NCBI GenBank assembly: GCA_015064785.1
Contig: SVRM01000003.1
Span: forward strand, 3,336-67,335
Reading direction: 5' to 3'
Origin: Oscillospiraceae bacterium
GTDB taxonomy: Bacteria; Bacillota; Clostridia; Oscillospirales; CAG-272
DNA length: 64,000 bases
Positions within the stretch are counted from its first letter, which is position 1, and each line of letters starts with the position of its first letter. Below, in pieces: positions 9,917 through 18,063 of this stretch. Below the pieces are notes generated by a model that was not told where the DNA came from, searched no databases, and saw only the letters and a list, made by a program, of their open reading frames with translations. A program made the translations under genes and the position numbers.

Positions 9917-10875
9917 AAACATTCCCGGATATCACACTGCTGCAGCCGCTGGCTTACTATTTCGGTGTCACGCTGGATGAGCTGATGGGCTACAATGAAG
10001 AAAAAATCCAAGCAGAAATCGAGGATGTGATCGCCCTCTACCGGCAGCATTGGCTGCGTGACTATGCCAAAGCACGCGAAATCATCGTCCAGGCGTATCA
10101 CGATTACCCCAATGACTACCGCATCATGCACTATTATATGTGGAACATCGGCGGTGACATGGCAGACAACGATCCTGCCGTTCTGATCGCACACAAGGAG
10201 GAATTCCTCTCCATCTGTTCTAAAATTCTGGACGGCTGTACCGATGAAAATCTGCGGCACAGCGCATGGAATATGCGCGCAAAAATTCTCCACGCAGAAG
10301 GAAAAACAGACGAAGCACTGGAAATTTACAGAACCAAATTCCCCGACTGGTTCTCCACATGGGGTCAAAAGACGGAGCAGCTGTTTGCCAAGGATACCGA
10401 CGAATATTACTTCCATGTGCAGAAAAATATGTATGAATTAGCAGATTTTGCGGCTGACAAATTCGGCAGAACCGTCTTTTTTGATCCGAACCGTTCCATG
10501 CAGGAAAAGACCGATCATGCCCTGCACTGCGGGAATCTGCTTCTGCACGCCTTTGAGGAAACCGGGGAAGTCTTCTTCCTGATGCTTGCAGAATCGTTCC
10601 TTGGAAGAATGGAAAACGATCTCTCCTATCGCGGCGGCACCGATGAACAGGTCACCGCGCTGATGGATCAGAATCTGTACGCAAAGCAGAAAACACAGGC
10701 ATTGCGGGCAGGAAACGATGCCTTTGACCATGCCTTTGATCGCTACGGTCACGGCGCACGGGAGAATCTGTTTCAGTTCAACCTGGATTATCGCATCCAT
10801 GCTGCCGGCGGAAGACGCGCGGAGCTGCTGCACAATCCCGATTACAAAGCGGTTTTGGAGAAATACAGAACATAA
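9796..10875 (+). CDS. XRE-family HTH regulator with helical (TPR-like) C-terminal domain
   Basis: first 38 aa identical to the 8512 gene, then RGETFPDITLL; 359 aa. Confidence 0.88.
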   Translation: MEMRIGANIKRLRTAKNITQEQLSAAMNVTCAAVSKWERGETFPDITLLQPLAYYFGVTLDELMGYNEEKIQAEIEDVIALYRQHWLRDYAKAREIIVQAYHDYPNDYRIMHYYMWNIGGDMADNDPAVLIAHKEEFLSICSKILDGCTDENLRHSAWNMRAKILHAEGKTDEALEIYRTKFPDWFSTWGQKTEQLFAKDTDEYYFHVQKNMYELADFAADKFGRTVFFDPNRSMQEKTDHALHCGNLLLHAFEETGEVFFLMLAESFLGRMENDLSYRGGTDEQVTALMDQNLYAKQKTQALRAGNDAFDHAFDRYGHGARENLFQFNLDYRIHAAGGRRAELLHNPDYKAVLEKYRT

Positions 10876-10887
10876 TCACATGACAAA

Positions 10888-10917
10888 AACACCACGGAAC
10901 GCAAACTCCGTGGTGTT
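10888..10917. terminator. bidirectional intrinsic terminator
   Basis: AACACCACGGA/TCCGTGGTGTT stem between convergent genes. Confidence 0.7.
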
Positions 10918-10943
10918 CATTATTTTGTATTCGTGTATGTATA

Positions 10944-11480
10944 TCAGCCAAGCAGTCCTTTGACTGTCTCAGCCGCTGCCGCATTGTCCTCGGAAATGAC
11001 ATAGACAACGGTGCAGCCCTTGACTGTAATGACCGGATTGTCCAGCTTCGGTACCTGATGCGCCGCGTAATCCGAGTATTGCTCAATCTGATATGTAACA
11101 TAGGCATTGAGCTTGTCAACCAGCGCCGCGGTATCCCCCTCGGTTTTTACTTCAAATACGAGCACTTCCTCGGGTGTGATTCCCGCCGGAACATACGCCG
11201 CATAGGATACAAAACTGTCAGAAAGCGTCATAAAACCAAAGAGGTGATTTTCAAGATATGCATTGTTGAGCATCAGCTCCTCGGAGAACGCACAGGAAGC
11301 GGCAAGCGTCTGTGCCAGCGTCGGTACATCGATCGGCTGCACTTCGGTAACAGCGGCGGTATCGGAGGTCTTTGCGGCAGTATCGGTGGTATCGGTTACA
11401 GCGGGATCACCACCGCAGGAAACAGCAGTCAGGGCGATGGCAGTCAGCAAAGCCGCTGCGGTCAGCTTCAGTTTCATCAT
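10944..11480 (-). CDS. DUF4358-like lipoprotein
   Basis: signal peptide with lipobox AVSC; EVLVFEVK...YSDY..Q.PKL.N..I..KG..VVYVIS pattern. Confidence 0.7.
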   Translation of the reverse strand: MMKLKLTAAALLTAIALTAVSCGGDPAVTDTTDTAAKTSDTAAVTEVQPIDVPTLAQTLAASCAFSEELMLNNAYLENHLFGFMTLSDSFVSYAAYVPAGITPEEVLVFEVKTEGDTAALVDKLNAYVTYQIEQYSDYAAHQVPKLDNPVITVKGCTVVYVISEDNAAAAETVKGLLG

Positions 11481-11554
11481 GGGAATTCTTCCTTTCGTTA
11501 TCCGTTTGGTCAAAGAAAGCGATTCTCTCACATTGAGCGGAATCGCTTTCCGTG

Positions 11555-12655
11555 TTATTCTGTGATTTCTTCGGTCTGATAGAACAGCGCGGGATCGACA
11601 TCCTCGACTGTATGCGTATAGAGATACTCTGCCCAGCGGCGGATGAGGTTGGCATTCATGTGAATGCCGTCTGTTGTCGCGTCGGAGGGAAGACTGCCGG
11701 TTTCATCCGCAAGCACCTCGCCGGGGGTGAGATACACAACCGACTTACGTTCCGCCAGTGCCGACAGCCTTTCGTTGTACTGCGCAATCCGGGCGTTGGT
11801 GAAGTATTCGGACGGGGTTTCTGTACTTGCGGCATATACCGCTTCATTCATCGGCGTCAGTGCCTGCACATAAATAACCGCATCGGGACGGACATTGAGA
11901 ATCAGGTCAATCAGCCGTTCGTAGTAATCAAAAAATGCGGAGGAGCCGGGCCAGCCAAGCTCATTGACACCGAACATCAAATAGACACGACGGAAATCGC
12001 CGTCACGCACCACCGATTCTGCGGTCGTAATCAGCTTTCCGGAGCCGTCTGGGGATAAGAACATCGGCTTTTCAAAGAACTGCTTTACCGACATGCCGAT
12101 GTTGGCATAATATTTTGTATCGATGACACCGACCTTCTGCATACCGACGACCAGCGAGTTGCCGATGAACAGCGTATCCTCGGCGAAATATGACTTGTCG
12201 GCGCGGTCGGATTTCTCCGGTGTACCGCTCACTGTCTTTGCAGTCATCGGTGCAATGGGATTGCCGTACAGATACGGCGAACCTTCTTCGTCAAAGGTAA
12301 CCGCGTTCCCTGTCCAACCCTCGGGAACACGCAGCGACGGACGTTCATATACAATTTCGACCGGTTCTTCCGTTACCACCGGCTCCGGCGGGAACAGGGC
12401 AAGAACATCGGCTTCGTTTAGCGGCTGCTCAGCCAGCAGGGTCATGCTGACAACCTCGGGAATCTGTGCGGAGAACGCATTCGGTCCCGCCTGCAAATCA
12501 CTGTCCAGTGCGTAAGAGGTCACACCGCCGAACTGAAGCTGTGTGGATGACGCAATCAGCACGCACGCACCGCAGCCTGTGATCGCCGTTTTGATAAGAC
12601 GCACCAGCGCGCGCATTCCTTTGCTTCGCCGGGATATCGCATCTAATTTATTCAT
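11555..12655 (-). CDS. SGNH/GDSL hydrolase family exported protein
   Basis: block I FIGNSL, block III FGVNEL, block V DGIH; start uncertain. Confidence 0.78.
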   Translation of the reverse strand: MNKLDAISRRSKGMRALVRLIKTAITGCGACVLIASSTQLQFGGVTSYALDSDLQAGPNAFSAQIPEVVSMTLLAEQPLNEADVLALFPPEPVVTEEPVEIVYERPSLRVPEGWTGNAVTFDEEGSPYLYGNPIAPMTAKTVSGTPEKSDRADKSYFAEDTLFIGNSLVVGMQKVGVIDTKYYANIGMSVKQFFEKPMFLSPDGSGKLITTAESVVRDGDFRRVYLMFGVNELGWPGSSAFFDYYERLIDLILNVRPDAVIYVQALTPMNEAVYAASTETPSEYFTNARIAQYNERLSALAERKSVVYLTPGEVLADETGSLPSDATTDGIHMNANLIRRWAEYLYTHTVEDVDPALFYQTEEITE

Positions 12656-13067
12656 ACTGTTGTCTCTCAGACTGCATGGGCGGCGACTCCGCATCGGACG
12701 GTAAAAGAGAAACGGCGTACCGATTCTGACTGCGGGCTGACAGAATCGGGATGTGATTTTCTCCATCCGCAAAAAAACCGACGGAAACTGTACACTGCGC
12801 CGAGCCGCCTTGTTCGGATACAGTCGTGGTACAGACCCGTTCGATCGTTCTGTGTGTAACGTTTACACGCAAGTCGTGCATCGTTTCACATGATGAGGTC
12901 ACATCTGCCTTTGAATCGTTCTGTAAAAAACAGCGGGAAACGAACCGACCTCCAAAAACAGCATATCGATTCTTAACTTTCCGCATGGCAATATTATAAC
13001 ACAGAAATTTCCACAAATCAACTATTTTCCGAATATTTTTGACTTTTTTTCAAAATATTTTTTCTTC

Positions 13068-13087
13068 TTCGACAGCCGACTTCGACA
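13068..13087 (-). promoter_or_regulatory. tandem Spo0A boxes
   Basis: two perfect TGTCGAA on the minus strand (TTCGACA at 13068-13074 and 13081-13087). Confidence 0.55.
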
Positions 13088-13208
13088 AAAAACAGGTTAA
13101 GAACAGAACGCGAAAAAGTTTTCAACAGCCTGTGTAAAACGCTTTACGAAAATTGCTGTAAAACGTTACCAAAAGCCGGTGTATCGTTATACTAAGATCA
13201 GACAAACA

Positions 13209-13254
13209 GAAGCGCACGGCACTTCCGTTTTGTGGGAAGTTCTGCGTGCGCTTC
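13209..13254 (-). terminator. terminator after spoVM-like gene
   Basis: GAAGCGCACG...CGTGCGCTTC hairpin. Confidence 0.55.
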
Positions 13255-13262
13255 GTCTGATT

Positions 13263-13340
13263 TCATACCTTTGGAATATGGAACAGCCGTCGGATCAGCG
13301 GCGTCAGCATACGGGGAGATTTCACAACAACGACCTTCAT
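13263..13340 (-). CDS. spoVM: SpoVM-family stage V sporulation micro-protein (not in ORF track)
   Basis: 25 aa MKVVVVKSPRMLTPLIRRLFHIPKV with Pro9 and amphipathic pattern as in SpoVM; RBS AAAGGGTG; near thiN as in Bacillus. Confidence 0.8.
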   Translation of the reverse strand: MKVVVVKSPRMLTPLIRRLFHIPKV

Positions 13341-13386
13341 GGCAGAACTCACCCTTTCTGCGGCAGTCACTGCTGCCGTCACTTTC

Positions 13387-13414
13387 AGTCTATGCATCCG
13401 CCGGAAAACGTGTG
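13387..13414 (-). promoter_or_regulatory. mother-cell (sigma-K/E-like) promoter of spoVM
   Basis: CACA-N16-CATAGACT on the minus strand. Confidence 0.55.
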
Positions 13415-13450
13415 TATCACCGTCACCGTCACAGCCGGATGCCGTCCGTA

Positions 13451-13930
13451 TCAGTGACCGCCGCCCGCCGTTCCGTTCTGTACCTCGCCGCCGTTTCCGG
13501 GCGCAACCGATGCCACTGCTGCAGGTGCCGGTGCATGTGCGGCATCTGCCGGTACTGCGGCACGCTGCCCTGCGTGCATCCGGTCGCCGCCCAGTCCGAT
13601 CGAAACGGAAATGGCCTCATTGACCCGCTGCATCACGCTGTCGTCCAGGTGTCCCATTTTCTCCTTGAGACGCCGCTTGTCGATCGTCCGGATCTGTTCC
13701 AATAATATAACGGAATCCTTTGCCAGTCCGAACCGGTCCGCAAACACATCAATGTGTGTCGGCAGCTTCGCCTTTGTCATCTGACTGGTAATCGCCGCCG
13801 CAATCACCGTAGGACTGTATCGGTTTCCAACATCATTCTGAATAATCAGCACCGGTCTGAGTCCGCCCTGTTCGGAACCGACCACAGGACTCAGGTCGGC
13901 ATAAAAAATATCACCGCGTCTGATCTGCAC
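13451..13930 (-). CDS. mazF: MazF/PemK (EndoA-type) mRNA interferase with Ala/Gly-rich C-terminal tail
   Basis: [22 protein letters not shown]...AAITS...[16 protein letters not shown] closely resembles Bacillus NdoA; catalytic Arg25 and Thr48 present. Confidence 0.93.
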   Translation of the reverse strand: MQIRRGDIFYADLSPVVGSEQGGLRPVLIIQNDVGNRYSPTVIAAAITSQMTKAKLPTHIDVFADRFGLAKDSVILLEQIRTIDKRRLKEKMGHLDDSVMQRVNEAISVSIGLGGDRMHAGQRAAVPADAAHAPAPAAVASVAPGNGGEVQNGTAGGGH

Positions 13931-14013
13931 GGAAATTCACACTCCTGATTCTTTACTGCAATCCCGGAGCCGATGATCCGCTGTCCCTCAGCGGCACTCT
14001 GCCCCGCAGAAAA

Positions 14014-14042
14014 AGTATTTCCCATCCGCACCGCTTTCATGC
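14014..14042 (-). promoter_or_regulatory. sigma-F/G-like promoter upstream of mazF
   Basis: GCATG-N15-GGAAATACT on the minus strand. Confidence 0.55.
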
Positions 14043-14211
14043 AGAACCGGCGGAAAATGCCTTTCTGGGAATCCGACGGGATCCGCGCCTCAACGACGAC
14101 CGCAATCCCGCTCACGTCCCGATACCATTGTATGCCGCGGAGACACGAATTGATTCGGCAAACGCAAAAAACAGTGTCACCGCAAAAATTGCAGTCACAC
14201 TGTTTTGCATT

Positions 14212-14877
14212 TCAGAAAACATCATCCGCAAAAAGCTCGGAGAAGCTGAAAATATACCGATCACAAACCGCGCGCAGAAGCTCCGGATTGACGCAATGCG
14301 CGTCGTATACCGCGATGGTGTAAAAGCCGCCGGCCGATGCCCCGCGCACGCCGGGAACAATGTCCTCAAAGACGGCACAGTCGCAAGCCTCCCGTCCGAG
14401 CTTTTCGGCGGCACGCCAGTAAATATCAGGATTGCCCTTGCCGCGCGACACCTCGGAAATCTCCGTAATCGACGAAAACCAGTCTGCGATCCCGAGTCTC
14501 CGCAGAGCCGGCAGATAGAATACCGCCTGCGATGCGGTTGCCGCGGCAAACGGAATGCCGCGCCGGCGCAGAGAGGTCAGATAGTCCCGAACACCGTGCT
14601 TCAGCCCGACATGATTGGCATACGCATCCACGGCAAGCGCGTGCCATTCCGCCATGATGGATGCCTCATCCTCGGGAAGCGAGAACCGCGTTTTCGTATA
14701 CGCCGCGGCAGCCGGAAATCCCATCGGCGAGATCGCGGCGGCATAATCGTCCGGAAGCGCAATCCCGCGCCGCGCAAGAAAGACCCGGTCCACCTCCAGC
14801 CAAACGCCCATGGAATCGAGCAGCGTCCCGTCCAAATCAAAAATTGCGGCTTTCTTTTTTGTAAGCAAGGTACTCAT
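14212..14877 (-). CDS. HAD family phosphatase
   Basis: IFDLDGTLLDS motif I; GKGNPDIY; VFED. Confidence 0.9.
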   Translation of the reverse strand: MSTLLTKKKAAIFDLDGTLLDSMGVWLEVDRVFLARRGIALPDDYAAAISPMGFPAAAAYTKTRFSLPEDEASIMAEWHALAVDAYANHVGLKHGVRDYLTSLRRRGIPFAAATASQAVFYLPALRRLGIADWFSSITEISEVSRGKGNPDIYWRAAEKLGREACDCAVFEDIVPGVRGASAGGFYTIAVYDAHCVNPELLRAVCDRYIFSFSELFADDVF

Positions 14878-15554
14878 AACGGCTTCACCACCAGCAAAAG
14901 TCCGTCCCGTACTGTCACACGCGCCGTCTCTCCGGGCAGAAATTCATTGGATATGCCCAGCGCCACGTGCGGCTGCAGCGTCTGCTCACAAAGCGGATAC
15001 TTCAGATGCTCCAGCGTCACACCGTGGGCATCCCCACCCCAGGCTGCAAGCGACAGATAGCCCCGCGCACGGTCGGAAAAGGTCAGAGTGCCATCCTTCA
15101 CGGCAGTGATGTATGACGCACACCGACCGTCCTGTGTCTGCTCAAAGGCATAGCCCGCCGCACCGGCTTCCGCCAGAAACGCCACCGTCTGTAAGGTACC
15201 GACCGTGTGGTCAAATCTGCCGCCGAACATACCGAACAGCAGGAATTTCCGATAGCCGAGCGAAAGTCCGTGCCGGACAGCCAGCATGGTATCCGTGTCA
15301 TCCTTGATCGGGTTATAGCGCCTGGTTTCCGTGCCGATCACCGTATCCGGCGGCAGAGAATCCAGATCGCCCATCAAAAGGTCACAGCGCACACCGGCCG
15401 CCTGTAAATAGCGGTATCCGCCGTCTGCCGCAATGACCAGATCATCCCCGCCCGGTGCGATCTCATAGTCACCCAGATCCCCCGCCCCGACGATAATGCA
15501 GACAGGCGCATCATCAAAAAAAGCCGTTGGAAGCGCATCATAAAACCGATTCAT
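14874..15554 (-). CDS. thiN: thiamine diphosphokinase
   Basis: AADGG, GDLDS, KDDTD, GGRFDH, LKYPL, GISNE motifs. Confidence 0.92.
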   Translation of the reverse strand: MNRFYDALPTAFFDDAPVCIIVGAGDLGDYEIAPGGDDLVIAADGGYRYLQAAGVRCDLLMGDLDSLPPDTVIGTETRRYNPIKDDTDTMLAVRHGLSLGYRKFLLFGMFGGRFDHTVGTLQTVAFLAEAGAAGYAFEQTQDGRCASYITAVKDGTLTFSDRARGYLSLAAWGGDAHGVTLEHLKYPLCEQTLQPHVALGISNEFLPGETARVTVRDGLLLVVKPL

Positions 15555-16141
15555 TTTTTCGTTTTCCCTTCCATAAAGACGCTTGCCTCCATGTCTGCCG
15601 TATGCAGCGCAAAGGCGAGCGGGAATTTTTCAAAGGCATCACTGACCAGCCGCACCTCCTCCGTTCCGGAAAATCCCATATGGAAGCGGATGGCGAAAGC
15701 CTCCTCACGGGTCAGACGCAGAAAACCGGAGAGAATGTACACCGACTTCTCGCCGTGTCCGTAAGGAAGCGCATCTTCATACTCATAGGACGGCACCTTC
15801 TGCCACACCCCGTGTTCATCCTTGACATTGCGGAAGGACGGTTTGTAGCAGTTGATCTTGCAGACATCGTGGAGCAGCGAAACAATGGCAAGTGTCTCCT
15901 CGGAGCAGGTCAGCCCGTACAGCTCACGTACACGGTCGCGGTGCATATAATCGCACAGACAGTCGTACACATTCAGAGAATGCTCGCACAGTCCACCTTC
16001 ATATGCGCCGTGAAAACGTGTGGATGCAGGCGCCGAAAAAAAGTCGCATCCCGGTGAGGCGAGATAGTCCAAGAGCTTATCGGCACCGTCCCGCGTAATT
16101 TTCTCGGTATACAGCGAATAAAAACGTTCCTTTGCGGTCAT
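15551..16141 (-). CDS. HD-domain hydrolase
   Basis: APASTRFH..GGLCEHSLNV, LLHDVCK, GHGEKS, RFHMG, HTAD; start set by GAGGAGG RBS. Confidence 0.85.
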   Translation of the reverse strand: MTAKERFYSLYTEKITRDGADKLLDYLASPGCDFFSAPASTRFHGAYEGGLCEHSLNVYDCLCDYMHRDRVRELYGLTCSEETLAIVSLLHDVCKINCYKPSFRNVKDEHGVWQKVPSYEYEDALPYGHGEKSVYILSGFLRLTREEAFAIRFHMGFSGTEEVRLVSDAFEKFPLAFALHTADMEASVFMEGKTKK

Positions 16142-16175
16142 AGGGTTTGGGACCTCCTCAATCATTCTGATATTA

Positions 16176-16392
16176 GGCAATTGCAAAATTGCCTACCTTC
16201 ATCGCCCAAAGGGCGATATATAAACAAATTGCGTCGCTTGGGCGGGTTTCCCGCCCAAAAAGACACCTTCAAAGCGACCAAAGGGATGCCACCCGAAGAA
16301 ATGCTGTGCATTTCTTCAGAAGTTGCGCTGCAACTTCGTTGGCTATGCGTCAGCCCGATGAAACCGATTGCAAAATGCAATTTTGCAATCGA
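16176..16392. repeat. cluster of six short perfect palindromes in the HD-gene leader
   Basis: e.g. ATCGCCC-aaa-GGGCGAT, TTGGGCGGG-ttt-CCCGCCCAA, GAAGAAATGC-tgt-GCATTTCTTC, GAAGTTGC-gct-GCAACTTC, GATTGCAAAAT-gca-ATTTTGCAATC. Confidence 0.8.
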
Positions 16393-16412
16393 TTATATTC
16401 TGATATGTCAAT

Positions 16413-16441
16413 ATTATAGCGGAAAACCGAAATCTTGTCAA
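16413..16441 (-). promoter_or_regulatory. sigma-A promoter of HD-thiN-HAD operon
   Basis: TTGACA-N17-TATAAT on the minus strand. Confidence 0.75.
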
Positions 16442-16458
16442 GGGTTCCGCCGATGCCG

Positions 16459-16486
16459 CACCGATTTTGCTGTCCGGGAATACAAT
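16459..16486 (+). promoter_or_regulatory. sigma-K-like promoter of dpaAB
   Basis: CACC-N16-AATACAAT; dpaAB is sigma-K controlled in Bacillus. Confidence 0.5.
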
Positions 16487-16550
16487 GATGACGAGTCCCG
16501 GTGCAAAACAGATGCCTCTGGGACAGCTGATTGAAATGAGGTCTGATCGT

Positions 16551-17462
16551 ATGACAACCACTCCCGCATCCGCATCTCCGCCGAGAAAGCTCGCATTGCT
16601 CGGCGGAGATCTGCGCCAGATGATTACTGCACGGTCGCTTGCGGCAGAAGGCTACGAGGTCGCCGTGTACGCCATGGATACTTACGCCGGAGAATGGGGC
16701 AGTGTCACGCGCGCATCCGATTTGCAGTCCGCGGTCGGCGGTGCAGATCTGATCGTACTGCCGCTTCCCGTCACGCAGGACGACGAGCGTCTGCATTGTC
16801 CGCTGACACGCCATACCGTTCTGCTACGCGATGTCTTTGATGCGCTGACACCGGGACAGCGCGTGGTCGGCGGCAAGGTCGGCGCACACGTCCGATCACT
16901 TGCCGAGGCACGCGGCATCACCATCACCGACTACCTCCAGCGCGAGGAGCTTGCTGTCGCCAATGCCGTACCGACGGCGGAAGGCGCACTTGCAATTGCC
17001 ATGGCGGAGGTTCCCTACACCATCCACGGCGCGCGCTGTCTGATTCTCGGCTACGGACGTGTCGCAAAAGCACTGGCCAAAACACTGTCTGCCGTCGGTG
17101 CCGTCGTCACCGTTGCCGCACGGAAACCGCAGGATCTTGCATGGATCGATGCCAACGGACAGATTCCGATGTCCTTTTCCGCACTGACCGGCGGCGATGC
17201 TCCGCTTGCTTTTGACATTGTATTCAATACCGTACCCGAGCAGATTATCGGTGCCGATCTTCTTTCGCGTCTGCCGGACGATGTCCTGCTGCTCGACCTT
17301 GCCTCCGCGCCGGGCGGATTTGACCACGACTGGGCGAAATCCCACGGATACCATGTTGTCTGGGCGCTGTCTCTGCCCGGCAAAACGGCCCCTGTCACTG
17401 CCGGACGCATCATCGGCGAAACCATCCGGCAGATGCTGAACGAAGAAAGAGGGAACCCATGA
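16551..17462 (+). CDS. dpaA: dipicolinate synthase subunit A
   Basis: LLGGDLRQ, NAVPTAEGA, GYGRV, DLASAPGG, LSLPGKTAPVTAG. Confidence 0.92.
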   Translation: MTTTPASASPPRKLALLGGDLRQMITARSLAAEGYEVAVYAMDTYAGEWGSVTRASDLQSAVGGADLIVLPLPVTQDDERLHCPLTRHTVLLRDVFDALTPGQRVVGGKVGAHVRSLAEARGITITDYLQREELAVANAVPTAEGALAIAMAEVPYTIHGARCLILGYGRVAKALAKTLSAVGAVVTVAARKPQDLAWIDANGQIPMSFSALTGGDAPLAFDIVFNTVPEQIIGADLLSRLPDDVLLLDLASAPGGFDHDWAKSHGYHVVWALSLPGKTAPVTAGRIIGETIRQMLNEERGNP

Positions 17463-18007
17463 TCGGTTATGCACTCTGCGGTTCCTTCTGCACACATGCA
17501 CGTGCGGTCGATACCCTGCGGGTTCTGCGCGCACGCGGTCATGACATTCTGCCGATTGTCTCGGAAATCGTCTATGATACTGACACCCGGTTCGGGCGGG
17601 CAGAGGATCTGATCCGTGAGCTGGAGAGCATCTGCGGCAGGAAAACCGTTCATACCATCGTTGCCGCCGAGCCGCTCGGACCCAAAACACCGCTCGATCT
17701 GCTCATCATCGCGCCATGTACTGGCAACACCCTCGCCAAGATGGCAAACGGCATCACCGACACCGCTGTTACAATGGCGGCAAAGGCACAGCTGCGTGCC
17801 GATCGTCCCGTCCTGCTGGGACTCGCCTCCAACGATGCGCTGTCTGCCAATCTTCAGAACATCGCCGCGCTCCATACCCGCCGTCACATCACCTTTGCCC
17901 CGATGGCAATGGATGACAAAATCGGGAAACCGTATTCGCTTGTCTGTGATTTTTCCGTCATTCCCGACCTTACGGAATCGATTCTGCACGCACGCGGCAT
18001 CGGCTGA
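17459..18007 (+). CDS. dpaB: dipicolinate synthase subunit B
   Basis: GYALCGSFCT, DTRFG, AEPLGP, APCTGNTLAK, SNDAL; overlaps dpaA stop. Confidence 0.93.
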   Translation: MIGYALCGSFCTHARAVDTLRVLRARGHDILPIVSEIVYDTDTRFGRAEDLIRELESICGRKTVHTIVAAEPLGPKTPLDLLIIAPCTGNTLAKMANGITDTAVTMAAKAQLRADRPVLLGLASNDALSANLQNIAALHTRRHITFAPMAMDDKIGKPYSLVCDFSVIPDLTESILHARGIG

Positions 18008-18063
18008 AAACAACAGCACACCCGGTGCGTGAACCTCCGGGTGTGCCGTACTTTTTCAATCAT

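Noticed and set aside
13232-13705. Cys-rich plus-strand ORF
   Set aside because: Antisense shadow of mazF and spoVM; the cysteines come from Ala codons on the other strand
13891-14115. 74-aa ORF upstream of mazF as the antitoxin
   Set aside because: No RHH/AbrB pattern or convincing RBS, and it overlaps the promoter motifs and the mazF start
16190-16400. TPP or c-di-GMP riboswitch upstream of the thiN operon
   Set aside because: Conserved cores of these riboswitches (e.g. TPP CTGAGA) are not recognisable
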